IMG/VR virus record: IMGVR_UViG_3300009129_001478
Span: 33,632-97,631 of that record
DNA: 64,000 nucleotides
Strand: one strand, 5' to 3'
Origin: a virus
Part shown: piece by piece, positions 16,090-26,056 of the stretch
How the letters are laid out: each line of letters opens with the position of its first letter
Numbering within the stretch: position 1 is the first letter of the stretch
Translations under genes and position numbers: made by a program
The notes under the pieces: generated by a model
Databases searched by the model: none
Seen by the model: the letters and a program-made list of their open reading frames with translations, nothing else
What the model was told of the DNA's origin: nothing

Positions 16090-19000
16090 ATGGGTGGTGT
16101 CGCTGGTCACATGGACCATCTCTATGACAACAGAAGTCTAACATTTGGTAAGATGAAGGAGATTATAAAAGCCGCGGCGGATGCCGAGCTTACTGCCGAA
16201 GAAAAGGTAGACGGACAAAATCTCTTTCTTTCTTATTCTATTCCTGATGCTAAAGCCAAAGGAGCCAGAAATAAAGGAAATTTAATGGCCGGAGGTTTAG
16301 ACGCCGTTGGATTAGCCACAAAATTTGCCGGTAGAGGTGGATTAGAAAAAGCTTTTACAGGAGGCTTTGATGCTTTTGAAAGAGCGGTTGAGGCTCTTTC
16401 GGATGAAGAAAAGCTAAAAGTTTTCGGACCAGATACAAATATTTGGTATAACGCAGAAATTATGGATCCTGGCACCGAGGGGGATAAAAATGACCCCGGA
16501 TCAGTTAATGTGATTAAATATGATAACAAAACTTTGAAGATCCACGGTGTTGGTCATTTCCGTTTTGACAGAGAGACAGGGGAAAGGTTGCCCATCCCTG
16601 ATGGTTCATTAGAAACTATTGATAATTCTTTAGACAGAATGCAAAATCAGTTGTCTGGTCATCCTTTTTCTATTGCTCGTAAGGCAATTATCCAATTACA
16701 AAAATTAGAAGATGAAGAGGCTTTAATTAAGACAATCTCCCGAATCAATAAAGAAATATCCGACCACCAATTGAATGATGAGTCCACGATGATAGATTAT
16801 ATGTTTTCTCGTTTATCAAATGGTATGGATACCGACTTGCCTAATAATTTAAAAGATGAAATTGTCAAGTATCTTTTAAAGCTTCCCGGCAATATTGGAC
16901 TGAGGGCTCTCAAAAAAGGATTATCGCCACATGATCTACAAGATTTGAATAATATTATCAATTCTAGAAAATCATTGTTATTACAAGCTATTGAGCCCCT
17001 GGAAATAACTATACATGATTTTGCAGTTGAATTACTAAAAGGTTTGGATAGTGTTTTCATAGCTGACAGAGATGCCGAGGTTATCCGTCTTAGAGATGAG
17101 CTAGCCACAGCAGTTCGCGAATTGACAGCGAGAGGTCCCGAAGATCCCGCGGCAATGGAAGTGATGCAAAGACATTTGAATAAAATCAAAGACTTTTCAC
17201 AAATTACTACTCCTGTTGAGGCTGTGGTTTTTGATTATGATGGTCATACATATAAATTTTCTGGTAATTTTGCGCCGCTGAATCAAATTCTTGGAATGTT
17301 TAAGTTTGGTGGAAGAACCCCTGCTCCTGTACAGAAAGAAAGTGTATCTTATAACAGAACCATTCTAAAAGAAGATGAAGGAAATATTAAGAGAGAAAAA
17401 GCAAAACAATTTGTTCTCTCGCTTCCTAAATTTGTACCAACTGAGGCTTGGGGTGATCCTGCTTCTATGGAAAGAAAACAAATTCAAAAGATATTTGATA
17501 CTGTCGGTGGGGGTGCCACAATACAAGAAAAGCTTGCATTCCTAAACGATAGTATTGAAAATCCTCGCGGTGGTATTCGTTCACCACGAAGAATTATTAG
17601 CACTCTTATCTTATTAGAATCTTTATCAGCAGTCATTAGAAGCTTCAATTCTGCCTCTGCTGGCTTTGTTTTTGAGGGATTCTTATCAGCACTATTTCGT
17701 GGAAGACAAGAAGCTGAAGTGAGTGAAAAAGGAAATCTACCTATTCAAGATCTTATTGCCTTTTCAGAACTTGAGGATGCAAAACCAGTCCCTATTAGTC
17801 TCAAATTATTAAACCAAACAACCAAGATTGAAGGAAGTTATACTAATCTTGTTGATTCTCTAGAAGAGTTTGGACAAATGGTATATATCGTTGCTAGAAA
17901 AGATGGTGATAAAATTGCTTTAGAAAAATTCACTTTTACAAGAGATAATTTTATAAATGCAATTATTGCATCTGCTACTGGAGGCACCACAAAGGAATCT
18001 GACTTATTTACTTTGCCTCCTACGGTTGCGCGCACAACTGAAAATTCCATCAAAAGGCTTAATAAGTTAAAAGGTGATGCCAACTGGGCAGAAAAATATA
18101 AACTCTTACAAATGACAAAGGGCTATAGGAATAGAAAAAAGGTCCCTCCTGTACCAGATGAAACTGTTACAATTTCCGATGAACTGCCGGATGGAACTGA
18201 TATAAAACCTCAACAGCTAGCGGCTCATAGAGTCTACACTGTGGAAGAAAATAAGAGACTTCTCTCGGAGGGATTATTATTAGAGCGCTCCGGTGGTACC
18301 CAGTGGTCTATTAGCCCCCAACAACTTAAGGCTATTTCTAGAAACTTGGATTACGAGACTCTAGGAACACTACCAATCTCCACAGAAAGAGTGGTTGACA
18401 TTGCCGAACAATATATGGAATTCTTATCTGATAATTTACAAAGAGTTTTTGATGCAACCTCTAAGTTGTCTGAAAATATAAGTGACTATTTCACCTATCA
18501 AGATAGAAGTCAGGCTATTGGTGCCGGACAAAAAGCAATTGAAGAATCTAAAATTGTTGCTGACGAGATGACTCAGCAGATTTCTCAGGATACGAGCGTC
18601 CCAGGACAACGCAATGAATCTGTTCAACATCTCGTTGAGGAAAAAGGTAAAAGAATTGCATTGTTTCCCGGCAAGTTCAAGCCACCTCATAAAGGTCACT
18701 ACGAGTTCGTAAATCAAGTGGCTAAAAGATCTGATGTAGATAATGTAATAGTTTTGATTAGCCCTGTGGATAAAGCAGAGGTCTCTGCCGAGGAATCTTT
18801 AGAGATATGGTCTAGGTTTCTATCTTCCCCTGACGCATCACCTAATATAAGCGTAGATATCGCAGATTATAGAAGTCCTGTAACTACGGTATATGAATTT
18901 TTAGCTGATCCTGTAAAGTCAAGACCAAAAGACACTATCCTACTAATCAAGAGCAGTAAGGACGAGGGTGATGCCCGTTTTCAGAATGCTAAAGCATATG

Positions 19001-19392
19001 CCGAAAGACATAACCCAGGAGTTTCCGTAGAAGAAATAGAAGAAGACCCGATCACATCCTCTACCGGTGTAGTATTCAGCGCTGAAGATTTGCGTGAGTT
19101 TATTACCGCAAATAAAAAAGAAGAATTCCTTAGTTATATGCCCGACAGTATTGACGGTGAAGAAATTTGGAGAATATTCAAGCCAATGGATCAGGTTGAT
19201 TCTGAGATTGATAATGCAATAGAGGAAATGTCTAGCATGGCTGGTGGCAGCATAGGTGGCTCTGCCTCTGCGCCGGCCGCTGGCGCGCCACTTGGTTCGC
19301 CAGGTTATGCGCCGGCTTCTTTTCCGAAGAAAAGACGCAAAAAAAGCACGAAACCTAAAGTAAATCGTCCCAAACGTCAAAGACGAAGATAA
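16090..19392 (+). CDS. Multidomain protein: RNA/DNA-ligase-like nucleotidyltransferase + putative PD-(D/E)xK-like domain + HxGH nucleotidyltransferase
   Basis: EKVDGQN (KxDG), NAEIM, VEAVVF...YKF in the N-terminal third; AGFVFEGFL...PIQD...PISLK in the middle; FPGKFKPPHKGH in the C-terminal part. Confidence 0.7.
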   Translation: MGGVAGHMDHLYDNRSLTFGKMKEIIKAAADAELTAEEKVDGQNLFLSYSIPDAKAKGARNKGNLMAGGLDAVGLATKFAGRGGLEKAFTGGFDAFERAVEALSDEEKLKVFGPDTNIWYNAEIMDPGTEGDKNDPGSVNVIKYDNKTLKIHGVGHFRFDRETGERLPIPDGSLETIDNSLDRMQNQLSGHPFSIARKAIIQLQKLEDEEALIKTISRINKEISDHQLNDESTMIDYMFSRLSNGMDTDLPNNLKDEIVKYLLKLPGNIGLRALKKGLSPHDLQDLNNIINSRKSLLLQAIEPLEITIHDFAVELLKGLDSVFIADRDAEVIRLRDELATAVRELTARGPEDPAAMEVMQRHLNKIKDFSQITTPVEAVVFDYDGHTYKFSGNFAPLNQILGMFKFGGRTPAPVQKESVSYNRTILKEDEGNIKREKAKQFVLSLPKFVPTEAWGDPASMERKQIQKIFDTVGGGATIQEKLAFLNDSIENPRGGIRSPRRIISTLILLESLSAVIRSFNSASAGFVFEGFLSALFRGRQEAEVSEKGNLPIQDLIAFSELEDAKPVPISLKLLNQTTKIEGSYTNLVDSLEEFGQMVYIVARKDGDKIALEKFTFTRDNFINAIIASATGGTTKESDLFTLPPTVARTTENSIKRLNKLKGDANWAEKYKLLQMTKGYRNRKKVPPVPDETVTISDELPDGTDIKPQQLAAHRVYTVEENKRLLSEGLLLERSGGTQWSISPQQLKAISRNLDYETLGTLPISTERVVDIAEQYMEFLSDNLQRVFDATSKLSENISDYFTYQDRSQAIGAGQKAIEESKIVADEMTQQISQDTSVPGQRNESVQHLVEEKGKRIALFPGKFKPPHKGHYEFVNQVAKRSDVDNVIVLISPVDKAEVSAEESLEIWSRFLSSPDASPNISVDIADYRSPVTTVYEFLADPVKSRPKDTILLIKSSKDEGDARFQNAKAYAERHNPGVSVEEIEEDPITSSTGVVFSAEDLREFITANKKEEFLSYMPDSIDGEEIWRIFKPMDQVDSEIDNAIEEMSSMAGGSIGGSASAPAAGAPLGSPGYAPASFPKKRRKKSTKPKVNRPKRQRRR

Positions 19393-19412
19393 TTATAGAG
19401 GATTTTTTAATT

Positions 19413-20207
19413 ATGATCAACAGAAAAACCTTAGTAGCCGAACAGTTGATTCGCGAATATGTGCGCGAAAAACTAAAAGAACGTCTTGGTAACATCCATA
19501 GGCAAGAGGCTCACTTGAGGGCTGCCATCAGAACTTTAATTGTAGAAGCTGAGACAGGAACAGAAGAGCCCAGCACATACACAGGTATTAACGTTTTGGC
19601 AGATTTGTTGAGAAATATTATCCCCACAGTTCAAGATGATTACATGATGCTCACAACATCTAAGGAACAGAGAGATTCTTTTCGTAACCACTTGATCCAT
19701 GCTGTCAAAGATTCCTTGAGACCTATTGAAATAACTACTGATGCTGAAGATCTGGAAGTATCTGAAAATATAGAGTATAAAATTGACAAAACTTTGTTGA
19801 CTGAGAAAGTTGTGGTAGATATTGACGACGGTGAAGAAGAACTAGAGTCTCTAGAGGGCGAATTCATTGATATTGAAGAAGAAGAGGAGGATGAGTTCGT
19901 TCAAATAGAAGATCAGAACGAGACAGGTAGAAACTTTGCCGCCGATTCTTTTAAGAGAGTTGAAAAACAGATCGTAGATGCCTATGACATGCTGGCAGAC
20001 AACCAAGATAGAGACCTGTTTTACGATTATCTCATTACAAACTTACTTCTCTATTTTGATAAGTTTGAAAACGATCTGGCGAACACACTCCCAGATGTAA
20101 CCACTCCCGAATATGAAGCGGAAAAAGAAAAAGAAGATTTAGATCAAATTGAAGATCTTGCTGCCGAAGAGGCAGAGGAAGAATTTGAACTAGATTTAGA
20201 AATTTAA
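19413..20207 (+). CDS. Acidic hypothetical protein (possible internal head protein)
   Basis: 264 aa, very Glu/Asp-rich, several (I/L)xE motifs. Confidence 0.75.
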   Translation: MINRKTLVAEQLIREYVREKLKERLGNIHRQEAHLRAAIRTLIVEAETGTEEPSTYTGINVLADLLRNIIPTVQDDYMMLTTSKEQRDSFRNHLIHAVKDSLRPIEITTDAEDLEVSENIEYKIDKTLLTEKVVVDIDDGEEELESLEGEFIDIEEEEEDEFVQIEDQNETGRNFAADSFKRVEKQIVDAYDMLADNQDRDLFYDYLITNLLLYFDKFENDLANTLPDVTTPEYEAEKEKEDLDQIEDLAAEEAEEEFELDLEI

Positions 20208-20295
20208 CTTAACACTTTCTTTTAAACTATTATACTGCTATTGTCAGCTTTGAAAACCCTGCTAGCATTAATAGCATTTTCTGAAGGTAAATAAG

Positions 20296-20324
20296 TTGAC
20301 AAGTACTGCGTCATATTGTATAGT
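20296..20324 (+). promoter_or_regulatory. sigma70-type promoter of tmRNA
   Basis: TTGACA-N17-TATAGT, 9 nt upstream of the tmRNA 5' end. Confidence 0.8.
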
Positions 20325-20333
20325 CTTATATAC

Positions 20334-20660
20334 GGGGGTAACAGGTATCGATTGATGGGAAAGTAAAAACGGTGCAAGGGTGAGGGAAGCGGGGCTCACT
20401 AAAAACGCTTATCTAATAATCGCAGCTTAAAAACGATTATACAAAAAACATCAGCAGCTTAAAAACCTGACTATGTTTGAGGCGGTGGCAGCCAATAAAC
20501 AGAAAGCTACGCTATGTTTCTAAGTGCTTTTGATTGTTTTGGCCGGAATAAAACGATCTAGTCAAGTGGTCTGTCCGACGAAAAAAACAGCTCTAACCTT
20601 GTGAATGACCTTTTTATGGAACTAGACAAGACGGGAGTTCGAATCTCCCTACCTCCACCA
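20334..20660 (+). ncRNA. ssrA: tmRNA
   Basis: 5' GGGGGTA pairs with 3' TACCTCC-A-CCA (G3:U70); T-arm GGGAG-TTCGAAT-CTCCC preceded by GAC; pk1 GTGAG/CTCAC with AAGCG/CGCTT; 327 nt. Confidence 0.92.
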
Positions 20661-20686
20661 GCCGCCTTCGGGCGGCTTTTTCTTTG
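20661..20686 (+). terminator. Rho-independent terminator
   Basis: GCCGCC-TTCG-GGCGGC-TTTTT. Confidence 0.9.
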
Positions 20687-20727
20687 TTGAATCAACTAGA
20701 TATTAAAGTAGACAAGGAGGTCATAAA

Positions 20728-22029
20728 TTGACCAAAACAGTGTTATTAGATACAAATGTTTTATTAACTGAAGTTCAGTCTATTTTATCGTTCGGAAAAA
20801 ACAACATCGCCATTCCGACAATTGTTTTAGATGAAATAGATAAGCATAAGCACAGACAAGATACACCGGGACTAAATGCCCGCATTACCAACAGATTCCT
20901 AGATGAACTAAGAGAAAAGGGTAGTCTCCTGAGTGGAGTATCTCTGGGACGAAGTAAAGGAAAGATATTTGCCGCGCAGTTTGATAAAGAATATATCCCT
21001 GATGGTATGAATCCAGACGATTCGGATAATAAGATAATTGCCACCGCCCTCAAGCTCATATCAGAAAAACAAGAAGTTACAGTAATTTCTAGGGATATCA
21101 ACATGCGGGTCAAATGTGATTCATTTGGGATTCCATGTCAAGATTACCATCCTGAAAAAGTAATCAGTTCGGTCAAAAACCTTTACGACGGTGCCTCAGT
21201 TATTGAAGTAGACGAAGATCTTATAAACGATTTTTATGCCGGCAAATCTACTTATATGCCGAAAGAATTGGGGCTTTTCCCTAATCAATTTGTTTTACTA
21301 AAAAGCCAGAGTAGTTCTAAATCTGCTGTTTGTGGATATAAAAACCCAAACACGCCCTTGGCAAAAATAAACAAATACAAAAACATATGGGGATTATCGG
21401 CAAAAAATAAAGAACAAGATTTCGCCATGAATCTTTTATTCAATCAAGACATACAAATAGTGTCAATGACCGGTCCTGCCGGAACGGGAAAGACATTACT
21501 GGCAGCGGCTTGTGGATTAGAACAGGTTGTCAATAAATCTAAAACATCCGGAGGGTACGACAAGCTCATTATTACCCGACCAGTACAACCCATGGGAAGA
21601 GACATTGGGTTTCTGCCCGGTACTCTAGAAGAAAAGATGTCCCCATGGATCGCTCCTTTGCGCGATAATTTAGAGCACCTTTACGGCGACCGTATGGCAC
21701 TTGATATGCAGATAGAACAAGGAATTATTGAGATAGAAGCAATGACTTTTATCCGAGGCAGATCTATAGCAAATGCATTCATAATAGTAGATGAAGCGCA
21801 GAATTTAACAGCCCATGAGTTAAAGACTATAATTACACGAGTGGGACATGGGACAAAACTCATTTTGACTGGAGATGTTCAACAGATAGACAATTCTTAT
21901 GTTGATGCTGTCTCAAATGGGCTTACTCATGCTGTGGAAAAATTCAAAAACTATGAAATCTCCGGACATGTTACTCTATACAAAGGCGAACGCTCCAAAT
22001 TGGCAACATTAGCAGCGAAGATATTATGA
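20728..22029 (+). CDS. phoH: PhoH2-type protein (PIN RNase domain + PhoH ATPase)
   Basis: LLDTNVL (PIN), GPAGTGKT, RDIGFLPG, FIRGRS, VDEAQN, GDVQQID. Confidence 0.93.
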   Translation: MTKTVLLDTNVLLTEVQSILSFGKNNIAIPTIVLDEIDKHKHRQDTPGLNARITNRFLDELREKGSLLSGVSLGRSKGKIFAAQFDKEYIPDGMNPDDSDNKIIATALKLISEKQEVTVISRDINMRVKCDSFGIPCQDYHPEKVISSVKNLYDGASVIEVDEDLINDFYAGKSTYMPKELGLFPNQFVLLKSQSSSKSAVCGYKNPNTPLAKINKYKNIWGLSAKNKEQDFAMNLLFNQDIQIVSMTGPAGTGKTLLAAACGLEQVVNKSKTSGGYDKLIITRPVQPMGRDIGFLPGTLEEKMSPWIAPLRDNLEHLYGDRMALDMQIEQGIIEIEAMTFIRGRSIANAFIIVDEAQNLTAHELKTIITRVGHGTKLILTGDVQQIDNSYVDAVSNGLTHAVEKFKNYEISGHVTLYKGERSKLATLAAKIL

Positions 22030-22673
22030 GAGATTACATTCTAGAGAGTACAAAAAACACAACTCGTCATTTCAAGTTTGGCGGCATTACTGTTAATCAG
22101 GCTGATGGTGTTGATTTTTCTCCTGTCTTCCGGGCAATTGAGGATAAATTTCCTTCTCATTATTTTATGGGACTCAAAGGTGTTGAAATAGCCCACCGTG
22201 AGGAATTTGATGATCGTAAAATCTCAGCACTTTATAGCGATAACTGGCTTTATATTAGTGATAGACAAGACGGAGCGACAGATTTTCTAGATGATCTAGT
22301 TCACGAATTGGCTCATCATGTTGAGACGGTATATCAAGATGAGACTTATGGTGACGGGAAAATAACCGAAGAATTCCTTAAAAAGAGGAAAATGTTGGAA
22401 CAAGAGCTGAAGTCGGAAGGATATTGGACCAATGAATATTCATTCAATAAAATACAGTATGATAAAGATCTAGATGAATTTTTATACGATCGTGTGGGTA
22501 AAAATATGTTAAACATGTCTACGGCTGGCATATTCATTAGACCTTATGCTTCAATATCCCTCAGAGAGTATTTTGCAACGGGTTTTGAAGCTTTTTACAT
22601 GGGAAAGAAAAATTCCCTTTCCAAAATCAGCCCAGTGTTGTATAATAAGATAGAGAACCTACATAATCTCTAA
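22026..22673 (+). CDS. Zincin-like metallopeptidase
   Basis: HELAHH (HExxH) with downstream REYFATGFE third-ligand motif. Confidence 0.7.
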   Translation: MRDYILESTKNTTRHFKFGGITVNQADGVDFSPVFRAIEDKFPSHYFMGLKGVEIAHREEFDDRKISALYSDNWLYISDRQDGATDFLDDLVHELAHHVETVYQDETYGDGKITEEFLKKRKMLEQELKSEGYWTNEYSFNKIQYDKDLDEFLYDRVGKNMLNMSTAGIFIRPYASISLREYFATGFEAFYMGKKNSLSKISPVLYNKIENLHNL

Positions 22674-22687
22674 GAAAGAGAGTTAAA

Positions 22688-23527
22688 ATGGCCGGCAAAC
22701 ACATTTCCTACTCGGAGTGGAAGAATTGGCATATTTGCCCCCACTATCATAAGCTCACTTATATTGACAAGGTTGCTCAATTTGAGGGCAATATTTACAC
22801 AGCTTTCGGAAAGGCTCTTCATACCGTTTGTGAATTTACTTTGACTTCCCCCGAAAAATACAGGGAAGCGGGTGCGATTGATGCGTTAGTTAAAGAGCAA
22901 TTTATTGCGGAACTCAACGCTCTGCCCGAGAGTGAGCAGCAGGTAGCCAAGCGTGATTTTAACCTCAAAGAGTGGCTTGTAAGTGGACTGGAAATCGTTC
23001 CCGACCTTTATCGCTGCCTGACCGAGAAGTTCGGCAAGTTGGGCGAGGACTGGGAAGTATTATCCGCAGAGGAACAACTCTATGAGCCCATCACAGAATT
23101 TACCGAAGCAGAAAAAAACTTTAAAGGTTTTATTGACTTGGTGGTTTTTTCCAAGAAAGATGAAAAGATTCATTTGATTGATTGGAAAACTTGTTCATGG
23201 GGATGGAAGCCCAGGAAGAAGAGTGATACCATCCTTGCTTATCAGTTGGTATTTTATAAGCATTTTTACGCTCGTAAATATGAAGTGAATCCGAAAGAAA
23301 TAGATTGTCATTTTGTTTTACTTAAACGAACAGCCAAGCCCGGCAAGAAAGCGGAATTCGTGCGGGTAACAGCAGCGAAAAAAAGAACAACAGACGCACT
23401 TAACGCCTTGACAAAAGCACTGCATAATATCAATAAGGAAAATTATATCAAAAATCGCAATGCCTGTACAGATTGTAAGGATCGTTTCGGAACGTGCGAA
23501 TTCTATATGACAGAGTATTGTAGTTAG
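22688..23527 (+). CDS. PD-(D/E)xK nuclease, RecB/Cas4-like with 4-Cys cluster
   Basis: ISYS...CP, FGKALH, GFIDLV, IDWKT, YQLVFY, C-terminal CTDC...CEF...C. Confidence 0.85.
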   Translation: MAGKHISYSEWKNWHICPHYHKLTYIDKVAQFEGNIYTAFGKALHTVCEFTLTSPEKYREAGAIDALVKEQFIAELNALPESEQQVAKRDFNLKEWLVSGLEIVPDLYRCLTEKFGKLGEDWEVLSAEEQLYEPITEFTEAEKNFKGFIDLVVFSKKDEKIHLIDWKTCSWGWKPRKKSDTILAYQLVFYKHFYARKYEVNPKEIDCHFVLLKRTAKPGKKAEFVRVTAAKKRTTDALNALTKALHNINKENYIKNRNACTDCKDRFGTCEFYMTEYCS

Positions 23528-23534
23528 GAAAAAT

Positions 23535-24785
23535 ATGTCCGATAAAATAAAGGTTATGACAATCAGCGATCACCCACTTCTGCCATCGGGTGTGGGTACT
23601 CAAACAAAATATATGATTGAGGCGCTTATAAAATCTGGTAAATTTGAAGTTTTTTCATTAGGGGGTGCCATGAAGCATCCCAGTTATAATTTAATGAGAC
23701 ATCAAGAAAATTGGGATATTTTACCTGTAGATGGATATGGTGAAAAAAACCAAGTTTTAGGGTTAATCAACCAAATACGACCAGATATGTTATGGTTTAT
23801 GACAGATCCACGCTATTATGAGTGGTTATGGGATTTTGAAGAAGACATTCGCCACAATATTCCCATGGTTTACTATCATGTTTGGGACAATTATCCGTTC
23901 CCGATGTTCAATAAGCGATATTATGATTCAAATGATGTGGTTGCTACCATCTCAAAAGTAACAAGCGATATTGTTCAAAATGTTTCACCGGACGTTGAGG
24001 AGATTTATATTCCTCATGCAGTCCCGATGAAGATATTCAAAACACCAACAAAATCAAAAGTAAATCAAGTATTCCAGAATAACCCTAAGTTGAAGGATAA
24101 ATTCATCTTTTTCTGGAACAATAGAAATGCGAGAAGAAAACAAAGCGGGACTCTGATATTATGGTTCAGCGAATTTCTGAAACAAGAACATGTAGATGAG
24201 AAAAACACATGTCTTATTATGCATACAAAAACAGATGACCCGCATGGACAGCCTTTGGAATATTTAGCAGAAAGTAACAATCTTGTTTCCGGTGAGATTA
24301 TTTTCTCAAAACAGTCTTTACCGACAGAAGATCTGGCAATGTTATATGGAATTGCCGACTGCACTATCAATATCTCAGATGCCGAAGGCTTTGGTTTGGC
24401 AACTTTGGAATCTCTTTCAAGCGAAACTCCAATTATTGTAACGATGACTGGTGGACTTCAAGAGCAGGTGACTGACGGCGAGAATTGGTTTGGAATAGGC
24501 ATTGAGCCAGCCTCCAAAGCTCTCATCGGCTCTCAGCAGGTTCCCTACATTTTTGAAGACCGGATTTCAAAGGAATCTTTCATTGATGCGCTCAATCAAA
24601 TTTATGCCATGACTCCCAAAGAAAGAGCAGATCTAGGGAAAAAAGGTAGAGAACATGTCATGAAAAACTACAATTTTGAAGATTATGGAACAACCTGGGT
24701 TAAAGTACTCCAAGAAGTCCACGAAAAGTACGGATCGTGGGAAACTCGTAAGAATTATAAGCCATGGAGAATGACGGAAATATGA
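23535..24785 (+). CDS. Glycosyltransferase family 4 (GT-B)
   Basis: SDHP..PSGVG, NRNARRKQ, EGFGLATLE, GGLQEQV. Confidence 0.9.
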   Translation: MSDKIKVMTISDHPLLPSGVGTQTKYMIEALIKSGKFEVFSLGGAMKHPSYNLMRHQENWDILPVDGYGEKNQVLGLINQIRPDMLWFMTDPRYYEWLWDFEEDIRHNIPMVYYHVWDNYPFPMFNKRYYDSNDVVATISKVTSDIVQNVSPDVEEIYIPHAVPMKIFKTPTKSKVNQVFQNNPKLKDKFIFFWNNRNARRKQSGTLILWFSEFLKQEHVDEKNTCLIMHTKTDDPHGQPLEYLAESNNLVSGEIIFSKQSLPTEDLAMLYGIADCTINISDAEGFGLATLESLSSETPIIVTMTGGLQEQVTDGENWFGIGIEPASKALIGSQQVPYIFEDRISKESFIDALNQIYAMTPKERADLGKKGREHVMKNYNFEDYGTTWVKVLQEVHEKYGSWETRKNYKPWRMTEI

Positions 24786-26056
24786 CGAAACAAAAGAAAA
24801 TCTTAATCATAGGCTCTTTCTGCAATATCAGCGGATATAGTGACCATGCACGACTCATAGCAGATGCTTTCATTCAGCACCCTGGCAACCACACATTACA
24901 TCTCATAGATCTCCAGTGGGCTGAGGCTACGAGAACTCCTGAATACTCCGAGAAGTATTTGCCTTATATTCAACATACTCAAGAATACCTAAAGTTCCTG
25001 AAGTCTACAAACACTTCAATGGCTGCCGGCTTTGACTGCTGTTTTCAGGTGCGCCCTCCTAACGAGTGGCACAGAGTTACCAACTATGATATAGGGGTGA
25101 CAGCCGCTTTAGAAACTGTGGCTGCCCCTGAAGAGTGGATTCCTAATTGCAACATGATGCAGCAGATTCTTGTGGTTTCACAGCATTCTAAGAAAAACCT
25201 TTTGAATGCCGTTCACAGCCAGAGTAAGGAAAAAATTAGGACGCCTATTGAGGTCGTTCCTTTCTATAATAACCTTCCTCTGGAAAGAGAAAAATTTTCC
25301 GGCTACGAGGGGCTCTCAACTAATAAAAATTTCTTGTGCGTGTCTCAATTTGCTCCTCGGAAAAATCTGTTTAGAATGATGCACCTGTTCCTTGATGAAT
25401 TCGGTGATGATGAAGATGTAGGGCTTGTCCTTAAAACATATATGAGAAACAATAGTCACATAGATTATTACAACATCTCTGCGATGTTGAAAAAATTTGT
25501 GAATGATATAAAACCAAACAAGAAGTGTAAAATACATCTTATACACGGCAGTCTTACTCAAAATGAAATGGCATCACTATATGATGCCGAAGTCATAGAT
25601 GCTTATATTTCACTGACCCATGGCGAAGGATTCGGAATACCTATTTTCAATGCTGTTTGTTCAGACATTCCAGTAGTTGCTCCTTCTTGGTCTGGTCATA
25701 TGGATTATCTCAAAGCTCCTGTAATCAATCCAACTAGTGGCAAGGCGAAAACGAAAAACCTCTTTCTCAAAACAGGTTATGACTTGGGAGAGGTGAGAGA
25801 AGAACATCTGATGCCCGACCTTATCACCCAGGGAGCAAAATGGTGTTATCCTAATGAAAAACAATTCCGTAAAAATATTAGAACTGCTATAACATCAACT
25901 TCTTTATGCAAAAAAGAGGCTAAGATTTTAGGGGAACACATTAGAAAAGAATATACACAAGAAAAAATTAACCAGATGTATTATGATGTAATAGATGCTA
26001 TTGGAGAAATAGATGCTGCGGGAGAAACCGACAACGCACAAATATTTGAATTGTAA
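24782..26056 (+). CDS. Glycosyltransferase family 4 (GT-B)
   Basis: SGYSDHAR, APRKN, THGEGFGIP, WSGHMDY; ATGA coupling places the start at 24782. Confidence 0.88.
   Translation: MTKQKKILIIGSFCNISGYSDHARLIADAFIQHPGNHTLHLIDLQWAEATRTPEYSEKYLPYIQHTQEYLKFLKSTNTSMAAGFDCCFQVRPPNEWHRVTNYDIGVTAALETVAAPEEWIPNCNMMQQILVVSQHSKKNLLNAVHSQSKEKIRTPIEVVPFYNNLPLEREKFSGYEGLSTNKNFLCVSQFAPRKNLFRMMHLFLDEFGDDEDVGLVLKTYMRNNSHIDYYNISAMLKKFVNDIKPNKKCKIHLIHGSLTQNEMASLYDAEVIDAYISLTHGEGFGIPIFNAVCSDIPVVAPSWSGHMDYLKAPVINPTSGKAKTKNLFLKTGYDLGEVREEHLMPDLITQGAKWCYPNEKQFRKNIRTAITSTSLCKKEAKILGEHIRKEYTQEKINQMYYDVIDAIGEIDAAGETDNAQIFEL

Noticed and set aside
20208-20295. Possible replication origin or operator (TGCTA/TAGCA short inverted repeats)
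   Set aside because: Too short and too few repeats to distinguish from chance in AT-rich intergenic DNA.
22688-23527. Cas4-like nuclease as evidence of a CRISPR-Cas system
   Set aside because: No repeat-spacer array or other cas genes in the window; solo Cas4/RecB-like nucleases are common in phages.
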